Origin: Geosiphon pyriformis uo1
Lineage: Eukaryota > Fungi > Glomeromycota
Assembly (NCBI GenBank): GCA_016748015.1
Contig: JAAOMT010000128.1
Span: forward strand, 1,495,538 to 1,559,537
DNA: 64,000 nucleotides
Direction of reading: 5' to 3'
Every line of letters starts with the position of its first letter. Position 1 is the first letter of the stretch. This document shows, one piece after another, positions 23,572 through 37,035 of this stretch. Below the pieces are notes generated by a model that worked only from the letters and a program-made list of their open reading frames with translations, was not told the origin of the DNA and made no database searches. The position numbers and the translations under genes were made by a program.

Positions 23572-25433
23572 CTAAATTACCATGCCATCTTCAACTTCCT
23601 CCCCCTCCTCAACTTCGTCTTCCTCCTCGACGTGACTCCTCTTTAAGGGTGAGCCAGATGAGTAAGAATGGTTCTCATCACCATCGTCATTCTCATCACG
23701 AGTTCTTTTAATGCCGCTAGCCTCTTCAAATTCTTCGATTAATTCCGGGTCATCCACATCCAATTGTTCTCGGTTTCCTTCTTCTTGTTGATCATCACGA
23801 TTATCTACTTGTTCTCCCTCTTCAAGGGGTTCTTCCTCATCATATGGTTCCACAACAAATTCACAATCCCCCGGATTTTCTTCAAGGCCATCTCTTTCGT
23901 CATCAAAGATTTCTTGGGAAATGGGATCTTCGTTGAACTCCAAAATATTTGTAGGTAGCGGGCTGCCATTTTCAGTAGTATTAACAATATCACCCTCTGA
24001 TGGAGTGACAACATTGGCCTCTTGTGGGCTAGTAAGGTCACGTATAGGTTCGTTTTCAGGTTCTTGGGGACTACCAGATTCGTTCTCTGAATCGTGGCTC
24101 TGTTCGCGTTCGGAAGCCAGGTCCAGATGTTCTATCTCTTCATGTTCCCCATCTTCAATAATAGGTTCGACATCTTCCATCACAGCTTCACCTTCTTCCA
24201 ATAAATGGTTTTCGCTGGAGTCCCTTTCATTGCTAACTTCCTCTTCGTGAATTGAAGGGGAAGTCTCCTGATGTGTCGGCGGGGTTTCTCGATTCGAAGG
24301 TGACATCTCATCATGGACCGGGGATATTTCACGAGGAACAGACGATCCTTCAATAATAGGGGATAAAATGATTTCCGCAAGTTCTCCATCAATCTCATCG
24401 GGAGTGTGATCAATCTCTTCATATCCGTTAATACCATTCGTTATTAAATTCGGGGAGGCGGAGGGCGAAGGGATCTCGCTTTGTACAACAAACGAGCTAT
24501 TTGTGGATCCAACGGTAGCCATAGTGGAACGTTCCTCTTGAAAATGTTCTTCCCTTATCTGTTCTTGAACATGAGCAACGGTAGATAATATTGATTGGAT
24601 TTGATTTCTCCGTCGTGCCAAAATAGCATCTCTTTCTTGTTCCTTGCGTTCAAGCTCGGCTATCTCTTCGTCTAAATTTTTAATATCCCTTTTTAACAAG
24701 GATTTGAAAGTAAGATATCAGTAGAACTCAATAGACCTTGACTTTCATCGTAAAATACATACTCTTCTAACTCGTCACGTGAAATGTGTTGTTGAATCGA
24801 TCGCGCTATTTGATCGTATTCTATTTTGTATGTTACTTGATGTTGTTCTACACTAAGATCTTGTTGCAATTGTAAGATCTCCCTTTTAGTCACTTCAATC
24901 TCCTCTTCTGTAGAATTTCAATTGAATGAATTTCACATATTAAGACATGCTAAATTAATAGAAAATCTGCACCGAACTGACCGATCCTTTTTTTCTCATC
25001 AATCCAATTTTGGTTTTCTTTGGCATTCATCTCATGTATTAGCTGGAAGCGCATTAAATATACTTCATATGACGAGAGCTCGATAAGGTATTCATCATAA
25101 TACTTTTGTCTAAAACCCAATTAAACATTAGGAAGAGTTGTAATTTATTATCGTTAATTAAATTTTCAATGATTTGATAAGATGAAAAAGAAAATTGCAT
25201 AAAAAAACTGGATCTCATCAGAAATTTGACGTACACCTTGTCTTTTTCTCCTGAAGAAAGATGAAATTTCCAGGTGGAATATTTCTTCAAAATACGTTTG
25301 AGAGTTCGCTCCTCAGCCACGAGTTTTTCGCGAAGAATAAGTTCTTCTAGAGGTCACCAATAAATAGGCGAGTTTAAGATTTCATATATATTTGTAGACA
25401 TTACACAAGACTTTCTTCTTTACCTTCACTCAT
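23572..25433 (-). CDS. THOC7: THO complex subunit 7 (THOC7/Mft1) homologue with long acidic C-terminal tail, 503 aa. Exons 25424-25433, 25235-25346, 24982-25109, 24763-24907, 23572-24688
   Basis: GT-AG introns (donors GTAAAG, GTACGT, GTCAGT, GTATGT) join to 1512 nt in frame: MSEEELILREKLVAEERTLKRILKK...KIEYDQIARSIQQHISRDELEEDIKNLDEEIAEL...RRNQIQSILSTV, the THOC7 coiled-coil pattern (EYD.[IL]A..I...SR). Confidence 0.85.
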
Positions 25434-27041
25434 GATTTTTATATGTTTCGAGCTAAAATCTTAATTTTGGCTCGCTTTCAGACTTGAGTGTTAAAATGCA
25501 GTGTGTGGCAAGACTCTTCGGCAAAAACTTTTTAAAAGATTTCGCTGTTTAGACCTATCAGTCCTCAAATGTAGTTTGAGTTGTGGAAAATGAGAAAACT
25601 ATGTGTTTATGTTCTCAAAGTCTGCTTTCAAGATAAGTCGTAAGGATAGCCGAGATTCAAGAGTTAAAGAATGTTGATTATGCGGAAGGGTTATGTCAAA
25701 CGTTCTCGGAAGCCTGAAACAAGGGACCCTGAAATCACTGAGAGTTAAAGAGCTATTTTCATGATTGGCAGGTTGATCAATCTTATAAATGTAGTAATTT
25801 TCCGTCTAAAACCAAATTCAAGGTTTGCCTATATTCAAATTTATGCTAAGGAAATTGTTACATATAGGCTCTATTTCCTGCTGGTTGATTTTCTGAAATG
25901 AGCTTCAACTTATCGGTTGCCTCAATATTAGATTAAACCAACAATCAACGAAAGATATCATTCCATTCTATTATAAACTTTGGATTTATACAACTAAGTT
26001 TTCTCCCTAGCCTTTTCTAAAATGTTTTGTTTTTAGTTATTCATCATTTTTTTCAATAACTTGTCAATTGGTGAAATAATAACTAAAATCTGATAAAACA
26101 GAAGTTTCTACATATTAGATTTGGTAAAATTCTATTTTTATAAATTATTTTAAAATTAATTTTTTTGTTTAGAAAAAGATTTGTTTTATTGAAATTACAA
26201 AGATTTAATTTACATATTGTTAATAGATTTTATTATTTTTAATATATTTTAACATAAAAATTATCAATTAAAGTAATATATATTACTTTTTATATATTTT
26301 ATTTTAAATTTTAATTTAATATATAAAATTATTAAATTGAACTTTTTAAAAAAAAAATTTTATTATGAAAATTTTTTAAATGTGTAATATAATTAAAATA
26401 TAATATTTTGTTAAGTATAATTTAATTATTATTTATTAATATACAATAGTTTAAATATAACAAATTTAATTATAATATTATATATATAACTTTTTTTTTG
26501 TGATTATTTTTAATAATATTTTATAATTTTAATGTTTTAAGAATCTTATTAACAGTTTTATAAAAATTTTAGTTTTTTTTATAATTAATAATACTATTAT
26601 GTTTTAAAAAACATAAGTTGTAATATAAAATCAAAATACATAACATAATATTATCTATTATAACTGAATATATGATTATAACTTTGGTTTTAAATTGTAT
26701 TTTAGAATATATACATACAATATTTTTACAAATAATTTAATTATTATTTATATATACAAGTTTAATAAACTATTAATTTTATTTAACTTTTAAAATAAGT
26801 ATTAAATAAAAAACACAAAATTAATAATATTATTTATACCAAAAAGTTTTTAATAAATTAAATTAAAATTAAAAATTACTTTAATGTTTTTAAATAAAAA
26901 ATTATTAAATTATATAATTAATAAATTTTGTTTTTTTGATCATATTTTATTTTTTAAAATTTTAAAATGTTTTTTAATAAATATAAAGATATAATTATTT
27001 TTAACAATATTTAATATTTTGTGTATAATATTTATGTAATA

Positions 27042-28562
27042 ATGTTCTGGTTTGTTATTCTACTTTCAGTAAGTATTTATATAATTTAGAATTTATTAAT
27101 AAACATCTTATTAAAAATAGGTCTGGTGAAATAAGTGTCTACATAAATAGATTAGTTAAGAATTTGGAATTTGTAAGTGTCTATGATAATACTACTGCTT
27201 ATTTTTCAGATGTTGATTTGAATATTGAAGTTAGGGTTTATGGTTTGCTTTCTTTGATTTTGGTAAAACTGCAGGCTATTGCTCTTATTTTGAACTACAT
27301 TCTAGTTTTAAGCTCAATAATACTGTTCTCAGATAGTCAAATATCTTTGAATATGTATATTTTAGTTGATAATTGTGTTGTTCCCAACTTTCACAAAAAA
27401 TGCTGAATTGAAAAAAAACATATTTGTTCTACTATTGCTTTTAAAAATCTTTTGATTTATTGAAAAAAGATCAAGAGACATTCTGAAGTTATTGGTAATA
27501 AATATGCTGACTTTTTTGCTAGTGTTGCTACCAAGTCTAAGTTTGTGTTGTCTGTTAAAATATTATATCACTTCTTTGTTATTAAAGACAAGTCTGTTTT
27601 TGAATATGCTTGTTACTTTATAAAGCATTTATTTAAGACTGTTGGTTTTATTGGCTGGGAATTTAAGTATGTAAGTGGTGTTATAGACATAAATCTTGAA
27701 AAATTATTGAATATACATTAGACTTTTCATATTTAGTATTTTGATAGTAGAATTTACTTTGGTTTTTTGAGCTCTGCCTTTGTAGCACTAAGATCTTATT
27801 TTATAAAAGCCTTATATTATTGACTGTCTATAGTCAAGAAGAAAAAACTGTACAATTTGACTTATTTTAACATGTTGTGCATCTGATGTAGTTTGATTGA
27901 GAATTTTAATCACATGTTTTTGTGTATACAAAATGCTGATGCCAGAAAAAAATTGATTTTTGATACAATTAAGGCTTGAACTGATTTGTTGAGCATTGAT
28001 AATATTGACTGCACAGCAATTTGGTCATTGAGTGAAACTGAATTTTTTAGTTGCTTATATATAGTCTTAACCAAAAATTTTGTAATGAAAAAGTGAGTAA
28101 TTAACATGATGAAGTTGTTGAATCTTAAGTCTAATAGAAGTTTGATAATTGTCAATTTGGTCTAAAGTTTTGTCAAAGGTTATAGATCTGCTATCTGGGT
28201 GCTAATTGTTAAATTGAGGATATATTATAAGAAATAAGATTTTTTACCAAAGAATGAATTCATGATTCCAGTTATTTCTGGTTTAGTATTCTTATAATCT
28301 TATAAGATGATTTATGAGTTTGGTATTAAGTTGGATGTTTATGTTTGTTTTGGTTTATATCCTAGTTTGGCAAGCATGCATTCTGGTTTTTTGTATGATT
28401 TCTTTATAATAATTGGTTTAAGTATATAGTATTGTTTTAATTGGCCTAAATAACTAGTCATATATAGAAAAAACATAAGCCACACTTAATTTAGGATCTT
28501 ATTTGATTTTATATACTTAGATAGTGGTTGGGCTGCATTCGTAAAACTTTAATAAAAAAAAA
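27042..28562 (+). mobile_element. 5'-truncated, eroded LINE (RNase H, C-terminal CCHC, 3'UTR, poly-A)
   Basis: ISVYIN, VKLQAIALIL, LFSDSQ and KKIKRHSEVIGNKYAD (RNase H remnants); family 3'UTR and A-tail. The 5' boundary is approximate. Confidence 0.85.
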
Positions 28563-28896
28563 TATTTATAATATATTAAATTATATTTAATAAAAATTAA
28601 AATTTTGTTAATAATAATTAAAATAAGACAGTTTTAGTTTTATTAATTTTAAAATTATTAAACTTAAAACTTATATTATAACAAATTATTTATTATTAAA
28701 TACCAAAAAAAGTACATTATAAATTATATAAATATTGTTTACATTAAGTATAAAAAGAAAAAACCACTTCTTTCTCTCTTACCTCCAAAAATCCTCAAAA
28801 AAAGCATATTTTAAAAAAAGTTTTTTCTGTTATTTCATACTGTTTTCCATCACTTTACAAGAAACAAATTCTTTTGTTGTCGACCTGACTGCTCTT

Positions 28897-30738
28897 ATGA
28901 ATGGTACTGATGCTAAAAGAAGGTCAACCAGAGTTCCAACTTCTGGTTCAGTTAGTAGTAGTTCAAGTCATAAAATCAAAAAACCTTCTGGTGGTGCTAA
29001 GTTATCAAGTAATGGTGTGACTCTTAAAGATAGTAGATCTGATTAAGTGGTTGGGCAGTTTAATAGCATGGATACTGATGGGAAGGCTTCCAAAGGTGAA
29101 GAGTATCTGATTCCAAGATAAATACACTCCAAGCCAAATGTTTCAATAATGGTGCAATTGTTGGCTCCTCTTTCAACTCTATTAATTATGACATGAAGGA
29201 GGAAGAGGAAATTTTTCTTCCCCCCCATAGGTCTTTTTCTTTGGATAAGGCATGGATTGATCCCAAAATCATTAAAACTCAGGTAGAAGTGGCTGTAAAA
29301 AAATCTTTCACTTTGGACATTAATCTTTCGGCTGTGGAAGGGAAATCAGCAATGGCTAAAACTCATGTCATAAGGAAATTATTTTCAAGAATCAATGGTT
29401 TTGGGGGGCCACTATCCTCTCAAAATTTGAAGGGATCATCAGATCTATCTTTACCTCTAAAGCAAGCATGGAAAAGGCCATCTCATTGGCCAGAAAAAAT
29501 AACATCACAGTAAACAACAATCTTAAGAGACAAGAAATTTGCTCAGATCGGGCCGTAGTAATTAAGAAAATTCTCATGAATATGCCAAAAGAAATAATTG
29601 TCATTACAGTATCTGAGTTTGGACAAATTAAGTCAATCAAAATCCAACTTATTGGTTTATGGCAGAAGGTGTGGTAGAATTTGCTGAATTGGAACAGGCT
29701 GTGTCTTTGGCTGCTAAACAGTCTTTCCTAATTGGTAAAGACTTGGTTTGTGTGGCTATGGCGGTGGGTGATCATAATACTTGGGCTTCTAGAGATCAAT
29801 TCAGGATGCTTTTGTTTACTTTGCCTGTGGGAACAACTGCCCATGATCTCAGTGATCTGTTGGATGGGGCTGGTAGGAAAAATTGCATAATCAACTATTT
29901 TTTGGAGACTGGAAATAGGTTTCACTGTGTAGTGGTTGGCTTTGAGTCTAATAAAGTGCTGGAGTCTGCTTTTTACACAGAACCAATCTTTGGTGGTGTG
30001 AAGCTTTCTTGGGCTAGATTGAATCTGATTTGGTGTGGGTGGTGTGGAAAATTCAGTCATTCTATTTTGGAGTGTGATGTTGAGATTACTTCTACTTCTA
30101 AATCTTCCAAGTCTTTTAAAAGGGTTGTCTTTGATAAGAACCACCTCCAGTTGGCCCGATTGTATGCAAAAAAAGGTGTGCTTATTGCTCAACTAGTTGC
30201 TTTTGGTGACAAATCATGGGCCCAAGTAGTCTCTCTTGCACTCTCGTCTAATAATTCTTACTTTGGTTTTGATCTTGGTTTTGGCTCTCTTTCTTCTGGT
30301 GCTTCAGGTGTAATTGGTCTCTCTCCTCATATGGTTCCTGCTAGTACATCTTTGAAGACTCGTCTTGTTTCTTTGGAGCATTCTGTGGAGCTTCTTGTGG
30401 ATAAGATATTTGGTATTGTGAGTAAACTTGAAAATTTGGTCTTGGTGCCTCCAGCTCTTGCCTCCTTCTCTCAGAATTTGGTGGTCCCAGTTGTGGCAAC
30501 TGCAGAGGTTAATTTGGACATGGCTCTGGATGATCCTAAGCCAGTACTTCTTCTCTCCTCTTTGGTTTTCTTTAATACTTCAGAATTAGGTTTGAGTAGT
30601 TCAAAAATTTTAACCTCAAAGGTAAGCTGTTTGGAGTCGAAGTTGATGGCCCTTGAGGCTTTGGTTTGTTCAGTTTTGGAGAAGTTTGATCAGATATGTA
30701 CTGGCTCGGGTTTTGCGGTTTCTTTTTTATCTCAATGA
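28897..30738 (+). pseudogene. LINE ORF1 (RRM-like region, CCHC knuckle, C-terminal coiled coil)
   Basis: CGWCGKFSHSILEC at ~30034-30075; ORF pieces 29193-29513, 29468-29677, 29659-30738. Confidence 0.85.
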
Positions 30739-33700
30739 GTAGTTTTGTGTGGAAAATAGCTACATGCAATGTTAGAGAGATGAATAATTCTTCTAAGCAA
30801 ATTGATATTATTCATTGGCATATGAGCATGGACAATATGGTTTCAATAGTTACAGAAATGAAGTTAAAGGGTAAAGTTTGTCTATGGATTGCTGATAGGT
30901 TTGCTGGTGTTCGGGTTTTTATTTCTGGTTTGGATTTGGGTCATCTCAGCTCAGGCATGGCTATTATTATAAACATTGCTTTGGCCAAACATATGTGTAA
31001 AGTCTCTGAAATCTCTGGTCATCTCATTTCTGTCAGGTTACTTTTTAAGAATAAACTCTTAGTCTCTATTTTAAGTCTGTATGCTGGCACGTTGGCTTCA
31101 GTGCACTTTTCTCAGGCTGATAACATGAATGCTTTAATTGCTGGTGCTGTAAATGACTCCTCCTTTGTTGTCTTAGGTGGTGACTTCAATAAAAATGGTT
31201 TGCATAGGAGTGCCAGTTTCAAAAAGTATAGTAGCTTGGGTCTGGTCAACTCTCTTGTCAGTAGTCCATTTTTAAAGTTTCTAATATGGAGTAATTCCCA
31301 AGGTGTGACAAAAGCAATTGATTATCTTTTTGTGTCTTCCAACTTGGTAAATGCTATTGTGAATCGCAATATTCTGAATATGGTTGATTTCTTTGATACT
31401 GACTACCAAGTCATTTCTGCATCAATTGGTTTGGGTGGCCTCTTGGACACACAATTGTGTTTTATTCATAAACAGACTAACAAGGACTGCTGGAAATACA
31501 ATTATAATACCACTAATGATGCTTTGTGGTCAAAGTTTAAGGATGAGATGGTGGTTAATGCTGCTATGTTCTCTGTTGATTTCATAGCTGCCAGGGAACT
31601 GTCGGATTTGGATGCAATGTGGGATGCTGTTCGCAAAACTATGTGCTTTTCGGCAGATGAAGTACTCAAGAAAAAATGGTTTAAAGATTATGACAGCATT
31701 TTCACTAAGCATTTGTTCAGGTTTCATAAGTTAGAACTTTTAGTGTCTAAATTAGTCAAGGCTTCCCGTTCTGTTAATTGTGATGAGTTCATATTGCTGC
31801 TTAATACTTGGAAATTACTTGATTCTGCTAATGCTGCTGTAGTAAGGTCTTTTTTTCTCTCAAAGTCTCCTTTTAACAACATTCACTCAGCTCTGTCCAA
31901 AGCCAAAAAATCTTATCATGTCTCAAAGTTGTTGGAAGTAAAACATGCTGAAGCTTTACAAATCAAATCTGCTATTGATAAAAGGATGAAAAGCTTTGAA
32001 TCTAACAAAGATCATACTATTAGAAGTGTTTTGAAAAGACCCTTTTGCAAGGTGGTTTTGGATCATTTAGTCGTTGGTGATGAGCTGTATTTGGAACCTG
32101 ATCCTGTTAAAACTAAGGTAAATGAGATTATGGAGGAATGGACTCGTAAACGTGGAGTGGCTCTTAATATTCCAGGAGATTGGTCTCGCCAATATCAGCC
32201 TTTGGAATACATTTTTGATGGTGCTTTTTCTGATGTTATAAGCTGTGTTAGTTTTAATGAAATGTTTGGCGTGGTCTCTAACCTACCTGACGGAAAGACG
32301 GCTGGTTTCTCAGGCATCTCCAATAAACTTTGGAAGTATTGTAACAAATCTGTTTTTGATATGCTCTAAGTGCTTATTAATTCTTGTCTCTGTGGTAAAT
32401 CAGTGCCTAATACGTGGAAGAATATCTGGATATTGATAATTCTCAAACCTTATGAATGGGAGGGCGTGTTCATAAACACTCATCCTATTGCTCTGATTAA
32501 GACAGCTCAAAAAATCCTTTTCAAGATTCTCTCTAATAGAATTTTTTTGGCATATAACAAGTTTAACATTTTTCATGAGGACAATTTTTCAGTTCTTAAA
32601 GACACTACGACTTAATCTCACATTTTTGCAATTGGTTCGGTGATCGAGGATGCTCTTGAAAAAGACCAGAAGCTCTGGCTGGTTTTGCAAAACATGCGAA
32701 AAGCATATGACTTGGTTGGTTGAGAACATCTTAAGAAAAGTTTGGTTAGAATAAAGATGTGCTGCAAATTTATTAGGTTTTTTGGAGATATTCATAGTGA
32801 TCATACCAACCAGGTTATGACTGATTTTGGGTTAATGAATAGTTATCATGTACACGATGGCTTGAACCAAGGGGAGGTGTTTTCGCTTCTTCTTTGACAT
32901 ATATTTTATGATCCTCTCTTGTGTGAAGTTAAGAGGCAGGAGAGTATGTGTGGTTACAGGCTAATTTCTCATTTTGTTGCAGTCATCTTTTTTTGCTGCT
33001 GGCACTTTTGTGGATGATACAATCTGGGTGGGTAGCAGTCAGGCTGCTACTTAGCTCATTCTTAATGTGGCTAGTGAATTTTTTCACATCAATGATATTT
33101 CTATTAATAATGATAAGACAGTGGTCATTTCAATTAATACCCATGTCAGTGCACCTTCTCTTTTCATCAGTGGGTCCTCCATTTCTATAGCCAAATCAGG
33201 CAAATCACATCATTACCTGGGTATCTTTTTGTCATCTGAAAGACTGTCAAAGCCCAGCCTGGCAAAAGTGCATTCAGATGTTCGTTTTTTTACCAACTTA
33301 GTTCTGAGGAAGACTGTATCAGACAAACAGTTTTTATATTTGGTGTCTGCTGTCCTTCACCCTATCATTGGTTATAGGACTCAATTTAGTTTTGTTTCTG
33401 TCAGTATGTGTAACAAGTGGGATGCTTTGATTTGTAAAGGCTTAAAGTCCAAATCTGGATTGCCTCTTGATTTTTCTAGTGATACAATCTATCACCCTTC
33501 TTTCTATGAGTTGAAATTTTTTGCCCAAATTCAATCAGAAAGTAAAGTTGCTTCTCTTATTTGTTTTGCGAACTCAGTTGGAATCCTGGGTCGCCTATTC
33601 TCCCACAGGTCTCATGATTTACAAGTTTTGTGTTGGCACTCTATTCATCCTTTAAGCATTCCTGTTTGTGTTCGAGTCAGTCTTTTGAATAATTTCTTGG

Positions 33701-35389
33701 TGGGTGTTGTTTGCATTTTCCTCGATTGCAATTTATCTTTGAGTGGTTTTTTTGATAATTCATTTTGGCTTTGTGGTGGGGTGCCCATGTTTGCCATTCT
33801 CGGTGAGTCTAGATTTATCAAGTTTCTTTCTTCACTCCAGCAATATGACATTGCCTTTGTTAACCAACTCCATGATCAACATGGTGCTGTGTTTGACTGG
33901 TACAAATTCAAGCAGTGGAAGAGGTTGAACCCCCATGGCCCGACTTCTGAATGGTTTGTGCTTTCTGTCAGATTCCTTCTTGGTATGTCTTCTCCTTGTG
34001 CCTCTTCTCCTGCTTTGGTTGGTGAGGGTCTTCAGAATATTATCAACTCTCTTGGCTATGTGTTGGTTCATGATCAGCTTTCCTGAGTTTTTCTTGATAA
34101 CATTTCTGTTTATATGGATGGGTCTCTGACAAACCTTGATACTAAGAATTGCACAGCTGGGGCTGGAGTTTTTTTCAGTGACATTGATCTGGGTTTGGGC
34201 ATTGGTGTTTCAGGTTTGTTGTCTTCTACTTTGGCGGAAATACAAACTATTGTACTGGTACTGAAGTGTGTTCCCCATTCCAGCTCTGTTTGTCTGTTCT
34301 TTGATAGTCAAGCTGCTCTGGATGTCTGTAAGTCAGAACTAGATCTGGTCTGTTCGAATTTTTGCAATCATTGTTGGATTGAACACCAGCTTGTTGTGAA
34401 CATTATTCGTGGCAAGAATTTGAGAGTGGAATGGCACAAGGTAAAAAGTCACTCTGGTGTGGTTGGAAATGAATGTGCAGATGCTATTGCTGGGACTTCT
34501 TCTCACTCTGGCTGGTTCTTTTCTTTACAATTGAATGCACACTTCTTGTTGGCAAACAGTCATGTTGTTTCTGGCAATTCTAGACATTTTGTTTGCGATA
34601 TTTTTTGTTCCATTTGTCATGCACACTGGGAGATTGGTTCTGGTTCTAAATTTTTGCCTGCCAGTTTGCTTGTAGATGTTGATTGGTTCTGCTCCTCACT
34701 GATATGGCATCCTGATTCACATATAGCTGTTGGCCACACTAGCAGACCCACAGCGGACACACACACTTTTTTCATGAAGGCATTGCACCACCAGCTGCCT
34801 GTTGCTGTTCGAAAATATCTGTATAATAAATGATACCCTAGTGTATTATGCTTATATTGTGATAAGGTGAAGACATTAGATCATGTTTTCTCTTGTGAGA
34901 TTGATAATTCTGTGCATTTTCAGATACTGAATACATGTTCAAAATCTTGGATGACACTTTCTGGCCTATTTCTTTCTTTTTCTTGCATGTTGCAATTGTT
35001 GTTTTCTTGTGCTTCTGATGTCTCTGTGTCTATGGCTCTCTTTAAAGAGTTTGTTTTTAGTGAATGATTTCATGAGGCTGTCTCTGTTTTCAAGGCTTCC
35101 AAAGTTGCTAGTTCAAATATTGTTGAGTTTGTGCATTTCTTTGGTCTTGCTTTCAAGAGTGATATTTAGTTGATTTGGGTTAAACATTGTGCATTTATGG
35201 AAAGGAATAATTTTATTCTACTTAATAGTTCATTTTCTATCTTAGTCTCTGGCTTGGCTTCTAAGTTCTCAGCTGGCATTGTTAGGCTACTTGGCGTGGT
35301 TGATGCTCTTAGTGTTCATTTTGCTTTTATAAACATTGTTTTTTTTTTCTGGTATTGGTGATTCTGTTTTGGTACATATAGCAGTGTAG
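30735..35389 (+). pseudogene. LINE ORF2: APE endonuclease, RT (FVDD), RNase H, CCHC
   Basis: ATCNVR, VTE, LGGDFN, IDYLF, TDY (APE); QGEVFS, TFVDDTIW (RT); VYMDGS, LAEIQ, DSQ, KVKSHSGVVGNECAD (RNase H); CLYC..DHVFSC. Confidence 0.95.
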
Positions 35390-35513
35390 TGTTATCTTGA
35401 TTGGCCTGAGTAGCTGGTCACATGTAGAAAGAGCATGATTCACACTTAGTTTATGTCATTTCTTTGATGTATAGCTCTAGGTAGTGTTTGGACCTCACTC
35501 ATAAAACGTTAAT
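35390..35513 (+). other. Conserved structured LINE 3'UTR (copies at ~28430-28550, 42550-42670, 43440-43559 minus, ~54950-55070, 61393-61516)
   Basis: Stems GATTGGCC/GGCTGGTC, CACGTG/TGCATG-type and CACCTAG/CTAGGT recur in the copies. Confidence 0.75.
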
Positions 35514-37035
35514 AAAAAAAAATATTAAGTATAATTTATTAAATTTATTAAATTATTTATTTTTATATAATAAAAAAATAGTATTATTAAAAGATTATTT
35601 TTAATAATACTGTTTTATAATATTATTGATTTAACTTAATTATTAAAAAATTTAAAATTTTATAAAATTTTTGTATTTTGTATTTTTAATTTAAGTTTTA
35701 TAAATCTAATTTAGTAATATATTTAAGATTTTTAAATTTGTAAAATTAAATAATTTTATAATAATAAAATTTATTATTTTGTTATTTTTTATTAAAAAAT
35801 CCATAGTTGCTTAAAATAAAATTATATATTATCTATAAAAAAATCTGAATGCTAAATTATAATTGTTTTTTTTTAATTAATATTATTTACAATATTTATA
35901 TTTAAATAGTTTTTTAAACAATTAGTATTTTATATTATTTAAATTAAAATATTGTATAAGGTTTAAATATATTGTAAAACACAATTATACTTTTTTTATT
36001 AACCAAATATTTTTTTGCAATATTATAACATGTATTTATTTTTGTTTACACAGTTTACTAAGTTATCTACCTTTTTATTTTCTAAAACTTTTAAATAACT
36101 TTTAATTTTGACCCAAATATCCTGTATTATTGCTTAATTTATTATTAAGATTTTGAATTTAAATTTTTTATGATAATTATTTGAAGTTAAAACAAATAAA
36201 TCTCATAAAATTTGGATTTATTTTCTTAAAAGAAAAATTAAGTAAAAAGTTTTTATATTGCTTATAATAATAATAATAATGAGTAACACTACTGTGTACA
36301 CGCTGACAAAGTACTAAAACCGAACGTGACTTAAACAAAGCTGAATAATTATTTTGATCAAGATAACTTTGGTTTTGGCATGTGGGATCAAGCTATTTGA
36401 CTCCCCAAATACATAAAAAAGTAGTATACAATTGAAAATTTAAAATAATCGCTGGTTCCCGAGATCGATTCAATCCTTAAATGGAAATCACGTAATAATT
36501 ATCAAATACTGTTAATATCGCTGATATAATTTAGTAGTCTTAAGAGCTTAGATCCCTTTTTGACCAATCAAAAAAACTCAAGATCATAGGAGGATATCAC
36601 CTGATAAAGCTTAAGGAACCTCTTGAAGCATTTAAAATTTTGTTTCAATTGATAAAAATACATTGATGAATTTGGACTAAATTTACATAGATCTTTATTA
36701 ATTCTCGGAAAAAAATTAAATATTATACTTTTCAAAAGAATTCGTAGCTATTATTGGAAAATGCTCCTGGCCATATTGTTGTTAAATTTTCACCGAGATA
36801 AACCTCGAGACGAAGAGGCGAAAAAAACTTGCCAATCAATAGCAAAATCTTATATATACAAAAATTGGTGTAATACCGATCACCTATTCCAAACTAATTT
36901 AACTCACGACTTATTGTTCTATTGGTCAGTTAAACTTAAATGATTTAGAAAATTTAATGATAAGCCACTTGCGGGATTAAATAGTAACACAGTATAAGGG
37001 AAAATAGAAGTGGGAGAAAGCCATTGATAATTGAA

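Larger units (their letters stand above)
28754..35521 (+). mobile_element. Full-length LINE (~6.8 kb) with ORF1, ORF2 (APE-RT-RNase H-CCHC), 3'UTR and poly-A; inactivated
   Basis: TSD A(C/T)ATTAAGTATAA at 28741-28753 and 35522-35534; two ORFs; A-tail. Confidence 0.95.

Noticed and set aside
23764-24437. Overlapping and antisense ORFs within THOC7, MET30 and the TE ORFs
   Set aside because: Shadow frames of real coding sequence with no independent signals.
27028-28569. AATATTTAT as the TSD of the 27-kb LINE fragment
   Set aside because: Too short and low-complexity in this AT-rich context to be trusted.
36280-37030. ncRNA or small gene downstream of MET30 (ORF 36761-36943)
   Set aside because: CpG-retaining, but no tRNA, snRNA or splice pattern could be supported; likely 3'UTR or intergenic.
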